The notes under the pieces were generated by a model, which made no database searches, was not told the origin of the DNA, and worked only from the letters and a program-made list of their open reading frames with translations. A DNA stretch of 53,661 nucleotides from a virus (taxonomy: Duplodnaviria > Caudoviricetes). The stretch lies in the IMG/VR virus record IMGVR_UViG_3300037634_002371, positions 1-53,661 of that record; one strand, given 5' to 3'. The translations under genes and the position numbers were made by a program. The first letter of the stretch is position 1, and each line of letters starts with the position of its first letter. Shown in pieces: positions 1 through 9,787 of this stretch.

Positions 1-95
1 TTAGGAAAATCCAACTTATTTAAAAGTTTAATTTGATTGTATGCTGATTGAATTGTTTTTTTCTTTATATCAACATTTATAGTTTTTGTTTTCAT
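1..95 (-). CDS. hypothetical protein, 5' part only (runs off window)
   Basis: ATG at 95 overlaps the upstream stop (TAATG); reads MKTKTINVDIKKKTIQSAYNQ and stays open to the window edge. Confidence 0.6.
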   Translation of the reverse strand, partial: MKTKTINVDIKKKTIQSAYNQIKLLNKLDFP

Positions 96-253
96 TAAAA
101 TATCTTTATTATAATTATTATTTGCATAATTAACAAAATAATTGGAAGTATAGTTCTAATTAATTCCATTGTATGATTATATTTGTCTAAAAATCTTTCC
201 AACTTATTTCTCTTATTTTGTTTCTTCATATGTTCTGAATAAAAATCACTCAT
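95..253 (-). CDS. small membrane protein (52 aa, not in ORF track)
   Basis: MSDFYSEH...ILPIILLIMQIIIIIKIF; TAATG coupling at both ends. Confidence 0.65.
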   Translation of the reverse strand: MSDFYSEHMKKQNKRNKLERFLDKYNHTMELIRTILPIILLIMQIIIIIKIF

Positions 254-549
254 TATGCTCTATACCCACTTCCATATTTTCTTTCATATATAGCAAAACT
301 ATCTGCAAATTCTTTATGTACAAATGCCCAAGGTCTATCATAATTAGGTTTTGATTTACCTCTATATCTAAATCTTAAAGGTGAAACCTTTTTAGAATAT
401 TGATATAAAAGTTTTAACCACGCCATCGGTATCCCTTTTGCAAGTGATAATTCATTTTTATGGGATGGATATAATCTAATAAGTTCATCACCCATTACTT
501 TCAATTTTTTGTAAGTTCCACTTACCATAATTTTATCTGCGTTCAACAT
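253..549 (-). CDS. hypothetical protein
   Basis: 98 aa ORF, stop/start coupled to neighbours. Confidence 0.7.
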   Translation of the reverse strand: MLNADKIMVSGTYKKLKVMGDELIRLYPSHKNELSLAKGIPMAWLKLLYQYSKKVSPLRFRYRGKSKPNYDRPWAFVHKEFADSFAIYERKYGSGYRA

Positions 550-782
550 TATTTACCTAAACTCATTTCATTTTCTAATTGTAACAATGTATCAATTTTA
601 GAATCTTCAGGTTCTTCTAAAGGTAGTTCCATTTGTGTAGGTTCTACTAATTTATATTTACCTAAAGGATTTAATGCTTCTTCAATATTTTCAAGTCTAG
701 TTATTCTTTGTTCTAACTTGTCCACAATTTTATATAAGTTTTTTTTATCTTCTTGTAGTTCTTCAATTTGTTTTGTACTCAT
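549..782 (-). CDS. hypothetical coiled-coil protein
   Basis: 77 aa, AGGAG SD upstream, coupled to neighbours. Confidence 0.7.
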   Translation of the reverse strand: MSTKQIEELQEDKKNLYKIVDKLEQRITRLENIEEALNPLGKYKLVEPTQMELPLEEPEDSKIDTLLQLENEMSLGK

Positions 783-955
783 TATTTTACTCCTCCTTGT
801 AAGATTATGCTAATAAACATTGAACTCACACCCATAATCATATATGTAAATCCAAGTAACCATTGGTCTGTTTCTACAGCACCAGTAGCGCCAACTAATA
901 ACAATACTCCTAATACAGAAAATATTGTCATCATAATTTCTTTAAAATTTGTCAT
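782..955 (-). CDS. small two-TM membrane protein (57 aa, not in ORF track)
   Basis: MTNFKEIMMTIFSVLGVLLLVGATGAVETDQWLLGFTYMIMGVSSMFISIILQGGVK fills the gap exactly, with TAATG overlaps. Confidence 0.75.
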   Translation of the reverse strand: MTNFKEIMMTIFSVLGVLLLVGATGAVETDQWLLGFTYMIMGVSSMFISIILQGGVK

Positions 956-1461
956 TAAAATGGTATCCCTTCATCTTTTATAGGTTTGCTACTATCAACA
1001 ATTTCTTTCAAATCGCCTAAAGGATCCATTTCTTTTTCTTCTTCTTCTTTTAAAGAAAGTCCTACAGCAACTGCATTATCAACTGCCGATACAACTTCAC
1101 CTTTGTCATTAATAACATCGGTTTCTGAAACAAGAGAATCTATTTCAACATCTCCATTTTCAACAGCATTTTCTAAGCCGTCATATTCATCATATACAAC
1201 TTTACCAATAAATTCAGTTTTCCCTGAATCTGAATAGTTAGCGTCAACCATATAGGTTTCAACTCCATCTTTCATTTCTGTAAGGTCTTTATTGATTTTA
1301 TCATACTCAATTCCACAATCACTTAATTTAGTGTCTGCTTCATCTTTATCTTTTGCCAAAACATCCTGTTCTATGCAAAGTGTATAGTAAGTTTTCTTTC
1401 TATAAAGATTTTTACCTATATCCTCTTTAAATGGATATACATCTGTTTGTTTTATACTCAT
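955..1461 (-). CDS. acidic hypothetical protein
   Basis: 168 aa, D/E-rich, AAGGAG SD. Confidence 0.75.
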   Translation of the reverse strand: MSIKQTDVYPFKEDIGKNLYRKKTYYTLCIEQDVLAKDKDEADTKLSDCGIEYDKINKDLTEMKDGVETYMVDANYSDSGKTEFIGKVVYDEYDGLENAVENGDVEIDSLVSETDVINDKGEVVSAVDNAVAVGLSLKEEEEKEMDPLGDLKEIVDSSKPIKDEGIPF

Positions 1462-1901
1462 AGCGTTTTTTCTCCTTTTTTATATTTGTTTGTTAATTCT
1501 GTATTATAGTCTTTTTTAAAAAATTGTCTTCCATTAAATAATTGTCCATAGTCATTATATAAACTCATAAAATCATCTTCTTTTGAATCTAAATCGTATT
1601 CGTCTCCGAAAGTCCAATAATATTCATCTCCGAATACTATTTTTAATTCTGTCTTACCTGTAAAATTTTCACCTTTTTCAACATAATTCTTATCAAAATA
1701 AGCTTTCATTTCAGGGAATTTAGATTCTAATTTTTTCTTATTAACTAATGATATATTCATATTTCTATAGATAGTAGAATATGAATAAAAATATGGTTCT
1801 GAAACAGATTCGTCATCTGTATATTCTCTTCCATATACAAGATTCATAGTATTTTTAGATTGTTCTTTTAACAATTTCATATCTGAATTTTCAATTTTCA
1901 T
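1458..1901 (-). CDS. hypothetical early protein
   Basis: ORF track start (1955) lies in the promoter -35 box; first ATG downstream of the promoter is 1901 (MKIENSDM). Confidence 0.7.
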   Translation of the reverse strand: MKIENSDMKLLKEQSKNTMNLVYGREYTDDESVSEPYFYSYSTIYRNMNISLVNKKKLESKFPEMKAYFDKNYVEKGENFTGKTELKIVFGDEYYWTFGDEYDLDSKEDDFMSLYNDYGQLFNGRQFFKKDYNTELTNKYKKGEKTL

Positions 1902-1926
1902 AGTGTTTTTTTCAATTTCTACTGCT

Positions 1927-1955
1927 ATCTTATCAGTTTTACCTGAAGTTTGCAA
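1927..1955 (-). promoter_or_regulatory. sigma70-type early promoter
   Basis: TTGCAA (1955-1950), 17-bp spacer, TAAGAT (1932-1927) with extended -10 TG; heads a run of small coupled genes. Confidence 0.65.
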
Positions 1956-2188
1956 GCATTATTCCAGTTATTCCATCGCATAAACACTAGGTTTTTTGGA
2001 TAAATGTTCTTATTTTGTTCTCTTTTTCAATAATTTTTGCCGAAAAATTGTTGCTATGTCTAGGGTATTTAATGAATCGCACTTGATTCGTCTATTTTAA
2101 ACACACATAGCCGCCTCCTACCACGGATAGAAGTATCACTTGATAGTTCGTACTGCGTCTATTTTTTAGAAATGGTTGATTTTACTAG

Positions 2189-2884
2189 TTATTTCCAGTA
2201 GTCTTTAATCCACTCTCCACTCTCATATTTGATAGCATAGTCTGGATTAGGGTGTCCGTGAAACACACATATTTTAGCATCCTTTTTTCTAGGATGTTCT
2301 TTAGGTTTATACTTTTGATATTGTTTGGGTTTACCTCTTGTCGGCCATTTAAAAGAATATGTCCAATCATCTGGTAAGAATTGTGTTTGTTTATGTCTAA
2401 ACATTAAATCAGTTATCATATTTTGGTCACCGTGTAAAGCGTCAATCTCTTTTCTATTTTTCATATACGATTCAAATATATGTGAATGGTGTTTTAAATT
2501 ATATCTTAAAACACTCGTATTGATTGTACTAGTAGGTTGACCAAAATCTCTTATAACGCAAAAATCATCTGGTTGGTATTGTTTAAAAAAATCATCTAAA
2601 CTATCTATAACAACTACATCTAAATCCATATATAATATATTACCTTCTATGCCTAGTTCAGGATTATATAAATGTACTTTATTCCACCAAGTCTTTAATT
2701 GAGGTTCTGGTATTTTTATAGTTTTAATTGCTGGATTAAATGGGTCTTCTAAATTATCTGTTAAACAATAGAAATCAAAAGGTATTGATATGTTCCTTTT
2801 ACACATACTATAAAGTGTGTTAGGATACTTTACTTTATATTTGTCTCCCGAATATACACAAATAACATTATTTTTTGGCGTCAT
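2189..2884 (-). CDS. GT-A fold glycosyltransferase
   Basis: WWNK, YMDLDVV (DxD), GDQ and C-terminal VFHGHPNP motifs. Confidence 0.75.
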   Translation of the reverse strand: MTPKNNVICVYSGDKYKVKYPNTLYSMCKRNISIPFDFYCLTDNLEDPFNPAIKTIKIPEPQLKTWWNKVHLYNPELGIEGNILYMDLDVVVIDSLDDFFKQYQPDDFCVIRDFGQPTSTINTSVLRYNLKHHSHIFESYMKNRKEIDALHGDQNMITDLMFRHKQTQFLPDDWTYSFKWPTRGKPKQYQKYKPKEHPRKKDAKICVFHGHPNPDYAIKYESGEWIKDYWK

Positions 2885-3686
2885 ATTGTTCCTTTAAGGT
2901 TCTATATGCTATACCATTTTCTATTTCTTTTATTGTAAATTGATGTTCAGCCATCCATTTCATCCATTCATCTACAGTTTTTCTTCCTGGTTTTAAAGGT
3001 TTCTCTACAAACTTTAATTCTCTACTTGATACAGGCCAAGCTACATTTTTTGCGTCTGCAATTACAGGTACATAATTTAAAATTGCGTCAATTGAAGCCA
3101 AACTCATATTAGTTACCAAACAATGGCAACCTTTTAAGTCTTCTAAAAGATTTCTATCCCACCATTCATTTCCTGGTCTAGGTTTATTTCTTATTTTAAT
3201 AGGTCTATCTGTATATTTTCTTACTTCTTCACCCACTTGTTTTATCCAATCTTCCTGGGACATACCATTAATATGGAAAGTAACTGTTGGTGATGATGGA
3301 CATAACAATATATGATTTGTATTTGTAGTCCAACCATTAAATCTGACATTAATACCTTTATGTTCTAATTCTCTTAATCTAATACCTTTACCTACTTTAC
3401 CTTTTATGCTATGAATACCACCTTTAACTATTCTAAAATATGTTTTATCATAATCATGGATTTCAGGTTCTGGATATCTAGTAATTTGTTGAGTTAAATA
3501 ACCTACATCAACATACCAGTATTCTTCCTTCTTCTCAATACACTTTCTAATCTCATTAATATTTCTACCTGCTAATCCCCAAAAAAAATGTATGTTCTTA
3601 TCTTCATCTTGCCAACCCTTTTTAATAGCAGGCCATATTTGATGAGATAGACATTTTTGCCAATCCATTGTATGTGTTATAATCAT
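2868..3686 (-). CDS. capsule-biosynthesis-like (KpsC/KpsS-like) putative glycosyltransferase
   Basis: ILLCPS...YTDRPIKIRNKP...DLKGCHCLVTNMSLASIDAILNYVPVI pattern; paralog of 11270..12172. Confidence 0.5.
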   Translation of the reverse strand: MIITHTMDWQKCLSHQIWPAIKKGWQDEDKNIHFFWGLAGRNINEIRKCIEKKEEYWYVDVGYLTQQITRYPEPEIHDYDKTYFRIVKGGIHSIKGKVGKGIRLRELEHKGINVRFNGWTTNTNHILLCPSSPTVTFHINGMSQEDWIKQVGEEVRKYTDRPIKIRNKPRPGNEWWDRNLLEDLKGCHCLVTNMSLASIDAILNYVPVIADAKNVAWPVSSRELKFVEKPLKPGRKTVDEWMKWMAEHQFTIKEIENGIAYRTLKEQYDAKK

Positions 3687-4357
3687 AAGTCTATTTTAGT
3701 TAAATCCTCATATATGTTAAACCATTCATCTGAATAATCACAATCTTTATAATCTTTAAAATATGGACCACCCAAAGTAAAATGAACATTTTTTGCCTCT
3801 GGATTATAATCATATTCATCTACTAACCAATTCCACTCTAAAGGTAATGCTCCTATTTGATGGTCATTATGTAACCATTTAAATTGATGTAATTCTAAAC
3901 CACTTTTGGTATTTACATATTCAGGAGTTAATGTTCTACATTGTTTGTTATTAATTAGCATAAAAGATGACCAATTCTTTTTCTCAAATGTTTGGTTTAC
4001 AGCACCTCTAAATTTGATACTTGTTTTTGGTTCGTAATTATGCTGACAACACATTACAGCATATTTTTCTTCAGCTAATTTAAACACTTCGTTTATATCA
4101 TTTCTAACCATCATATCACAATCCATAAATAAAGACCACCCCTTATAATCACTTAAATATGGAACTAAAAATCTGCTAAATGCAAATTCTGTAGATTGAT
4201 TTTTCTGTTTCTGTCTTTGAAATGGAGTATTTCTTAAACCGCTTAAAGCTACTGGTATAATAGATACTGGCTTGCTTGCATATTTTCTAATACTTTCAGC
4301 CAGAACATAATAGGCAATCTTTTCACCTTCATCATATCCAATAAAAACCTTATTCAT
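3683..4357 (-). CDS. GT8-like glycosyltransferase
   Basis: [21 protein letters not shown] (DxD), [18 protein letters not shown]. Confidence 0.8.
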   Translation of the reverse strand: MNKVFIGYDEGEKIAYYVLAESIRKYASKPVSIIPVALSGLRNTPFQRQKQKNQSTEFAFSRFLVPYLSDYKGWSLFMDCDMMVRNDINEVFKLAEEKYAVMCCQHNYEPKTSIKFRGAVNQTFEKKNWSSFMLINNKQCRTLTPEYVNTKSGLELHQFKWLHNDHQIGALPLEWNWLVDEYDYNPEAKNVHFTLGGPYFKDYKDCDYSDEWFNIYEDLTKIDL

Positions 4358-4652
4358 ATGTACCGATTATATCACTTTCTTTCATTATAGTATATTCTAC
4401 TTGATTAACTTTTATTTCACTACCTGCATATCTACCAAATAAAACTTTGTCACCAACTTTAACATCCATTGGAATTCTTTTTCCATCTTCAGTTTTCGCT
4501 CCTTTACCTATAGCAACAACTGTACCTTCTTGTGGTTTTTCTTTGGCTACATCAGCAATTATAATTCCACCTTTAGTTGTTTCTTCTACATCCATTGATT
4601 TAATTAATACCCTATTATGCAAAGGTTCAAAATCTAATTTATCTTTTGTCAT
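4350..4652 (-). CDS. groES: co-chaperonin GroES (Cpn10)
   Basis: [15 protein letters not shown] mobile loop, [29 protein letters not shown]. Confidence 0.97.
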   Translation of the reverse strand: MTKDKLDFEPLHNRVLIKSMDVEETTKGGIIIADVAKEKPQEGTVVAIGKGAKTEDGKRIPMDVKVGDKVLFGRYAGSEIKVNQVEYTIMKESDIIGTYE

Positions 4653-4661
4653 ATAATTTAC

Positions 4662-4919
4662 CTACTTTATATCTGTTCTAACAATATGTTTTCTTAAAGC
4701 TCTTACCAATCGTTCAACATTATCTATAATATCAATTAAAGTTTTACTGGTTATATAATTTTTTTGCTCTTGCAATTTATCATATTCCCTTAAAGGGATT
4801 GTAACCGTTCTTTGAATTGCTGACTCATTTTCATATGTCAATGCGTGTGCTTCATCTTGTGGTTGCCCATTCGCTTCAACACCAAAATCTGAACCTGTAC
4901 CTTCTAGGTCTCTAATCAT
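4662..4919 (-). CDS. hypothetical protein
   Basis: 85 aa ORF in operon. Confidence 0.7.
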   Translation of the reverse strand: MIRDLEGTGSDFGVEANGQPQDEAHALTYENESAIQRTVTIPLREYDKLQEQKNYITSKTLIDIIDNVERLVRALRKHIVRTDIK

Positions 4920-5263
4920 TTTATTTTCCTTCCTACTGACTCTCTAACTATATCGTTATGGTCAAATTTTGCCCAATATAATTCAAAAGCTACACCATCT
5001 TCTAATCCTTCAAACTGGTGGAACTCTCCAGGTCTCACTTGGGTAAATTCACCTGCATTTAAAATTGTTTCATCAACTAAATCATAATCATTTTTCCATA
5101 CTCTTACAATCAATTTACCTGACTCAACAAAAAATCCATTCCATTTATATTTGTGTTTATGTTTGGAACATTGGATTCCTTTTTTAAATTCTATTCTATG
5201 AAATTCTAACACTCCATTGGCGTGTATTAATTCTGTTGAACCCCATATTTTTCCTGATTTCAT
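4916..5263 (-). CDS. cupin-domain protein (sugar isomerase-like)
   Basis: CSKHKHKYKWNGFFVESG and PGEFHQF cupin motifs. Confidence 0.75.
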   Translation of the reverse strand: MKSGKIWGSTELIHANGVLEFHRIEFKKGIQCSKHKHKYKWNGFFVESGKLIVRVWKNDYDLVDETILNAGEFTQVRPGEFHQFEGLEDGVAFELYWAKFDHNDIVRESVGRKIK

Positions 5264-5598
5264 TTTATTATCTCCTTTAAATCTTCATAAAACGATTCTT
5301 TATCATAATAACCAGCAATTCTTGCTAATTCTTTTCTACCATTCCATACAATAAATGTTGGCGTTCCTCTAATAGGTTTAATTCTTCCTTCTTTGTATGC
5401 TTCTTTAAACCATTCAGGTTGTTTATATAAATTAATAATAATTAAAGGTAACTCTTTATTATCATAATCAACTGCTACCTCTTTCAAAAATTTTTGACAT
5501 ATACCACACATAGGGTTATGTCCCATTAATAGTTCTAAAGCATTAGCTTGAACATTAAAAAATAAAATAAAAATAAATGTTAATAATATTCTAATCAT
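5260..5598 (-). CDS. exported thioredoxin-fold protein (SoxS-like)
   Basis: signal peptide ending ANA, CGIC (CxxC), GTPTF cis-Pro loop, RIAGY. Confidence 0.75.
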   Translation of the reverse strand: MIRILLTFIFILFFNVQANALELLMGHNPMCGICQKFLKEVAVDYDNKELPLIIINLYKQPEWFKEAYKEGRIKPIRGTPTFIVWNGRKELARIAGYYDKESFYEDLKEIIK

Positions 5599-6290
5599 AT
5601 TCTAGCCTCTGGACTCTTCCCTTTTATTTTTCTTTGACCTTTTGTATGGTCATATATTGGTCCTAATACTGACCTTGCTTGTACATGGCCAACCTTATCA
5701 TCACCAATATTATAATTCTTAACTCCTCTTTTCTCAAATCTTTTTCTAACTACATCCCAAATATATGAATCGTGTTGTTCTTTTTCTTTGTATATTAAAT
5801 CATGGTTATACATATCTTGCATTTCTTTAGCAAATTCTATCGTTAAAGGGTGCATTAAATTAAAATATAAAAAACCACACTCACTATAATTTGGTCTTCC
5901 TAAATAAGTCATCATACAATCGTCCCTATGTATATGTTTTTTTACCCAATCTTCATCAATAGATTTATAAAATACACTATCAGCGTCTATACAAATTAAA
6001 CCATCAGCGTCTTCTGTCATTATAGAATATGTATAAGAATATACTTTATAACAAAATCTTACACCATCTTTTATAAAATCATTTGTTCTTTCTTCCCAGC
6101 TTGTATATTTGTATCTATCTTTATTTCTATCTACAAATGCTTTACATTGTGGTATCTTATCAAATAAATCTTTATCTTCATTATATACTTTTAATTCAAA
6201 AGGCCATTTATAAGTCTTTTCAAATCTATGAGCATAACCTTTGTATAAATTATTATTCCAGGTCGTTATCGTCTTTATCTTCATCTTCAT
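5595..6290 (-). CDS. putative glycosyltransferase (nucleotide-diphospho-sugar transferase-like)
   Basis: VRFCYKVY, CIDADS (DxD), SECGF, HDSYIW; start moved to the ATG at 6290 (6284 also possible). Confidence 0.6.
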   Translation of the reverse strand: MKMKIKTITTWNNNLYKGYAHRFEKTYKWPFELKVYNEDKDLFDKIPQCKAFVDRNKDRYKYTSWEERTNDFIKDGVRFCYKVYSYTYSIMTEDADGLICIDADSVFYKSIDEDWVKKHIHRDDCMMTYLGRPNYSECGFLYFNLMHPLTIEFAKEMQDMYNHDLIYKEKEQHDSYIWDVVRKRFEKRGVKNYNIGDDKVGHVQARSVLGPIYDHTKGQRKIKGKSPEARI

Positions 6291-7128
6291 AAATTCTATA
6301 AGCAGAGTTTCCATCAGACAAAACATCTGGTCCAGAAAATTCTTTTTTATCTTCGTATTGGCTATAATCAGGATCCAATTGAGGTCGTAACGGATCCTCT
6401 TTTCGTTGTTGTTTTTTACCTTTGTCCCAATCTCTTTTTATATTATATCTATGTACAAATATTGTTTCTGACTCAATAGAATTATCTATTTTATAACCCC
6501 ACTTATATAATAAATGTTTTGCTGTAACAAAAGCAGAATAACCCATTTTATTAGCTTTACTTTCCATAACTATTATAGGTTTGTTTATTTGTATAGTTTT
6601 TCTTGCACCATATATTATAGATAATTCAGAACCTTCACAATCTATTTTTATATAATCAACTCCATCAAATTTAAACGAATCTAATTTTTTCATTAATACT
6701 TTTATATGTCCATCAGAAGCTATATGAGTTGCACCTGTATTATGTTTATCTATCGTCATCCTAACTTCCTTTTCTTCTTTTCCCAAAGCATTAGGATGAA
6801 TAGCATATCCTTCAACATCTATTTTATTTTCTTTTAAATTTTGTTTTAAACAATCTCTAAACAATGGTATTGGTTCAAAGCATTCTACTCTTCGGAAATA
6901 TCTACAAAGGTCAACTGTCCATAATCCAACGTGAGCTCCAATATCTATTGCTCTTCTGGACCTAGAAAAATAAGTATTTGCTAAATGAATTGAATAATCT
7001 CTTTGTTGTGTTTGATAATCAAAACCTCTACTTAACCAAGTAGGTTTTTCTACTGCACGGCTTAAATGTTCATCACTATTTGGAAACCACCAATCTTTAA
7101 CTTTTTTCATTTTATTTTTATTATCCAT
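6253..7128 (-). CDS. FkbM-family SAM methyltransferase
   Basis: AIDIGAHVG, CFEP, NALG, YIKIDCEGSE; charged C-terminal tail. Confidence 0.9.
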   Translation of the reverse strand: MDNKNKMKKVKDWWFPNSDEHLSRAVEKPTWLSRGFDYQTQQRDYSIHLANTYFSRSRRAIDIGAHVGLWTVDLCRYFRRVECFEPIPLFRDCLKQNLKENKIDVEGYAIHPNALGKEEKEVRMTIDKHNTGATHIASDGHIKVLMKKLDSFKFDGVDYIKIDCEGSELSIIYGARKTIQINKPIIVMESKANKMGYSAFVTAKHLLYKWGYKIDNSIESETIFVHRYNIKRDWDKGKKQQRKEDPLRPQLDPDYSQYEDKKEFSGPDVLSDGNSAYRIYEDEDKDDNDLE

Positions 7129-7807
7129 TATCTTTTAATATAATCGCTTCACTTAATATTTTATTTCTTGGTCTATTCAAGTAAAGTTTATAACCTTTCT
7201 CTTTAAATTCTTTTAATAAATTTTCATATCTCAAAATACTTTCCTCATTATCAATAAGTTTAACTTCAAATTCAATTAGAAAGGCTTTAAAATCTATATT
7301 GTTATCTAATATCTCTCTACATATTTCATACCATACACCTTCAATATCTGCTTTAATAATATCTACTTGTGGCATATGTTCAGCCATAATGTTAGTTAAG
7401 TTATCAGCGTCCACTTCCATATAAGCGTCTCCCCCTAATTGAGGTAGTGGTAATAAAGAATAACATTTACTTAAATCATTTTTATTAAAGTAAAATTTCA
7501 TCTTACCTTTTTTATCCATATAAGCAACATTATGAAATGTCATATTTTCTTTATGTCTAAAATCTGTTTCAAATAATGTAATACTATCAGGTGTAGGGTC
7601 AAAACAATGTATATTTAAATTAGGATTTAAATCACACATCGCTTGTTCCCAACCTACATCTCTATGGACACCAAATGATAAAACATTTGTACTCTCTTGT
7701 ACTATTTCTTTTGGCAACCAATAATTTTTAAATTGTTGAAATTCGTGTGGCTTTAAATATTCTGCCTCAATTAATTTCATTTTTTTATATAGTTCGTGTT
7801 CTTTCAT
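7121..7807 (-). CDS. FkbM-like methyltransferase
   Basis: VLSFGV, CFDPTP, IIKADIEG. Confidence 0.8.
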   Translation of the reverse strand: MKEHELYKKMKLIEAEYLKPHEFQQFKNYWLPKEIVQESTNVLSFGVHRDVGWEQAMCDLNPNLNIHCFDPTPDSITLFETDFRHKENMTFHNVAYMDKKGKMKFYFNKNDLSKCYSLLPLPQLGGDAYMEVDADNLTNIMAEHMPQVDIIKADIEGVWYEICREILDNNIDFKAFLIEFEVKLIDNEESILRYENLLKEFKEKGYKLYLNRPRNKILSEAIILKDNG

Positions 7808-7810
7808 TTT

Positions 7811-8371
7811 TTACCTTATTAATATTATATCCAAAGGATTAGGTAATTCCATTTTTTCAACTACCTTATAACCAATAGACAACAAATAATTTAATGCGTC
7901 ATTTTTAACACCTTTTTTCCATAATACTTGCGAACCATTTTCTTCTATCACAATTAATGGACTACAGCGTTCAATTGTATCTATGGCACCTTTTAAAACT
8001 TTTAATTCGTGTCCTTCTACATCTACTTTTAAATAATCAACATCTAATAAATGGTAATCGTCTAACTTTTTTTGTTGTACTACTAATTTACCATATTCAA
8101 CTATAACACCAGCATTTGCTTTAACTCTTATATCTTCATCGCCTAATGCTACTTGATGATATATTAATCTTTTACTTTCAATTATCATACTTGGTCTATA
8201 ATCAAACGCATAAACTTTTTTAAAGTCAATAAGAAGTGGTATAGTAAATTCACCTCTTCTACAACCTATATCAACTGCTGTTCTATAATTATGTATAAAA
8301 GGTTTAGAAGCATTATAAGTTTCTAAACACCAATCAAAATTACTGTACTGACCAATCATATTACTTTCCAA
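7811..8371 (-). CDS. FkbM-family methyltransferase
   Basis: AVDIGCRRG, VALG, YLKVDVEGHELKVLKGA, PLIVIE. Confidence 0.88.
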   Translation of the reverse strand: MESNMIGQYSNFDWCLETYNASKPFIHNYRTAVDIGCRRGEFTIPLLIDFKKVYAFDYRPSMIIESKRLIYHQVALGDEDIRVKANAGVIVEYGKLVVQQKKLDDYHLLDVDYLKVDVEGHELKVLKGAIDTIERCSPLIVIEENGSQVLWKKGVKNDALNYLLSIGYKVVEKMELPNPLDIILIR

Positions 8372-8997
8372 TCCGTTTCAAAAGTAACATAATTTATTTG
8401 TATACCTCTTCGTTCAACTTGTATTTCTTTTCCTTTTTCCATTCCGTGCCACTTATTAGGTCCGTGAAATATATATCCAAAGTTATGGTGAAAAGGAACA
8501 GTATGCACTAACTCTAATTTTTCATTATATAAATCTGTCCCTAATGTTAAATTTTCGGCTGTTTGATTAACATAAATTAAACTTGATATTAATTTTTCTG
8601 GTATATCACAATGAGGTTTTAACCAGAAACCTTGCGTATCATTTAAAACTTCTAATCTCACATATGCACCATCAAAATCATCTTTTCTTCCCATTAATTT
8701 TCCTATCATACTTCTAATGGGTTTTCTCCTCATTTCATCTATAAATTTTCTTAAAGCAGGATACCTATGAGAATTTTCTTTAGTTACATATTCTCTAAAT
8801 TTATGATTAACTCTATCTTGTCCTTCTGTATAACCAGACCTTGTACCATCAAAAATATGCTTTGATTTATCTATATCTGCATTTCTAATTTCTTCCACTT
8901 GGTCTTCTGTTAAACAGTTACCAAAAATATAATAATCCCACGGCTCAGTTTCTAATTTAGCTCTATATAAACTTTCTGTTAATTTACTCATTATCAA
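8356..8997 (-). CDS. 2OG-Fe(II) oxygenase
   Basis: PHCD (HxD), WHG and distal R facial-triad pattern; paralog of 30025..30732. Confidence 0.8.
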   Translation of the reverse strand: MIMSKLTESLYRAKLETEPWDYYIFGNCLTEDQVEEIRNADIDKSKHIFDGTRSGYTEGQDRVNHKFREYVTKENSHRYPALRKFIDEMRRKPIRSMIGKLMGRKDDFDGAYVRLEVLNDTQGFWLKPHCDIPEKLISSLIYVNQTAENLTLGTDLYNEKLELVHTVPFHHNFGYIFHGPNKWHGMEKGKEIQVERRGIQINYVTFETDWKVI

Positions 8998-9787
8998 TAT
9001 TTATCCATTGTTTAAATCCTTCAAACCAATTTCTATATGCTTGTTGATTAGGATGTGAATCATCATCAGCAACCATAAACTCTGGTCTCTTTAACACATC
9101 TTCCCACATATTATTATTTGGTTTATAATAATATGTTAATGAAATTTTATCTTTTAATTTTTGTACTTCCCAATTTGTACTTTGTTTTGGCATAACAGAT
9201 TCAACTGAATTGTACATATAATAAGGCATATTCATTTCTTTTAATCTTGCTTGTATTAAAACTATATTTTTAAAAATATGGTAAGATTGTTGCTCATCTA
9301 TATCAATATTATGTGCATTTAATAAATGCCATCTATTTGTACAAAACATATCTTTAGGTATTTCTGGCCCTTTACTAAAAGCTAATTTTCTTGCTTGTGT
9401 TGCCCCAATTGGTGCACCAGAAGAAGCACGAGCTTCTTCACCTTGTAATTTTGATACTAGTCTTTTAATAATACCATCATCAAATGTCTTATCTACTTTG
9501 TATGGATTTCTTTCTTTATTCTGTCTTCGTTCTTTTGTAGAAGCAACTTGAAATCTATTTGAATGTGGCACACCTATTAATACAACACCGTCCTTAAATT
9601 CGTGTGTGTATAATCTTTTTAAAACAGTATCTATACCTGCTCCAGGACTTGCGTAATTAACTTCTTTTAATTCTAAATGTTTTGCTAAAAGTGTACCTGG
9701 TGAAAGGTGAGTATCGCATATATGATTCTTTTTATCTGCACAATTACCAAATGCAAAACTACAACCCATATTATATAAGTATTTCAT
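8984..9787 (-). CDS. SGNH/GDSL-like hydrolase or acyltransferase
   Basis: N-terminal GCSF block, NYASPG block, C-terminal DDSHPN. Confidence 0.55.
   Translation of the reverse strand: MKYLYNMGCSFAFGNCADKKNHICDTHLSPGTLLAKHLELKEVNYASPGAGIDTVLKRLYTHEFKDGVVLIGVPHSNRFQVASTKERRQNKERNPYKVDKTFDDGIIKRLVSKLQGEEARASSGAPIGATQARKLAFSKGPEIPKDMFCTNRWHLLNAHNIDIDEQQSYHIFKNIVLIQARLKEMNMPYYMYNSVESVMPKQSTNWEVQKLKDKISLTYYYKPNNNMWEDVLKRPEFMVADDDSHPNQQAYRNWFEGFKQWINIDNE

Noticed and set aside
2185-2370. 61-aa minus-strand ORF overlapping the glycosyltransferase end
   Set aside because: Alternative frame wholly inside a motif-supported gene
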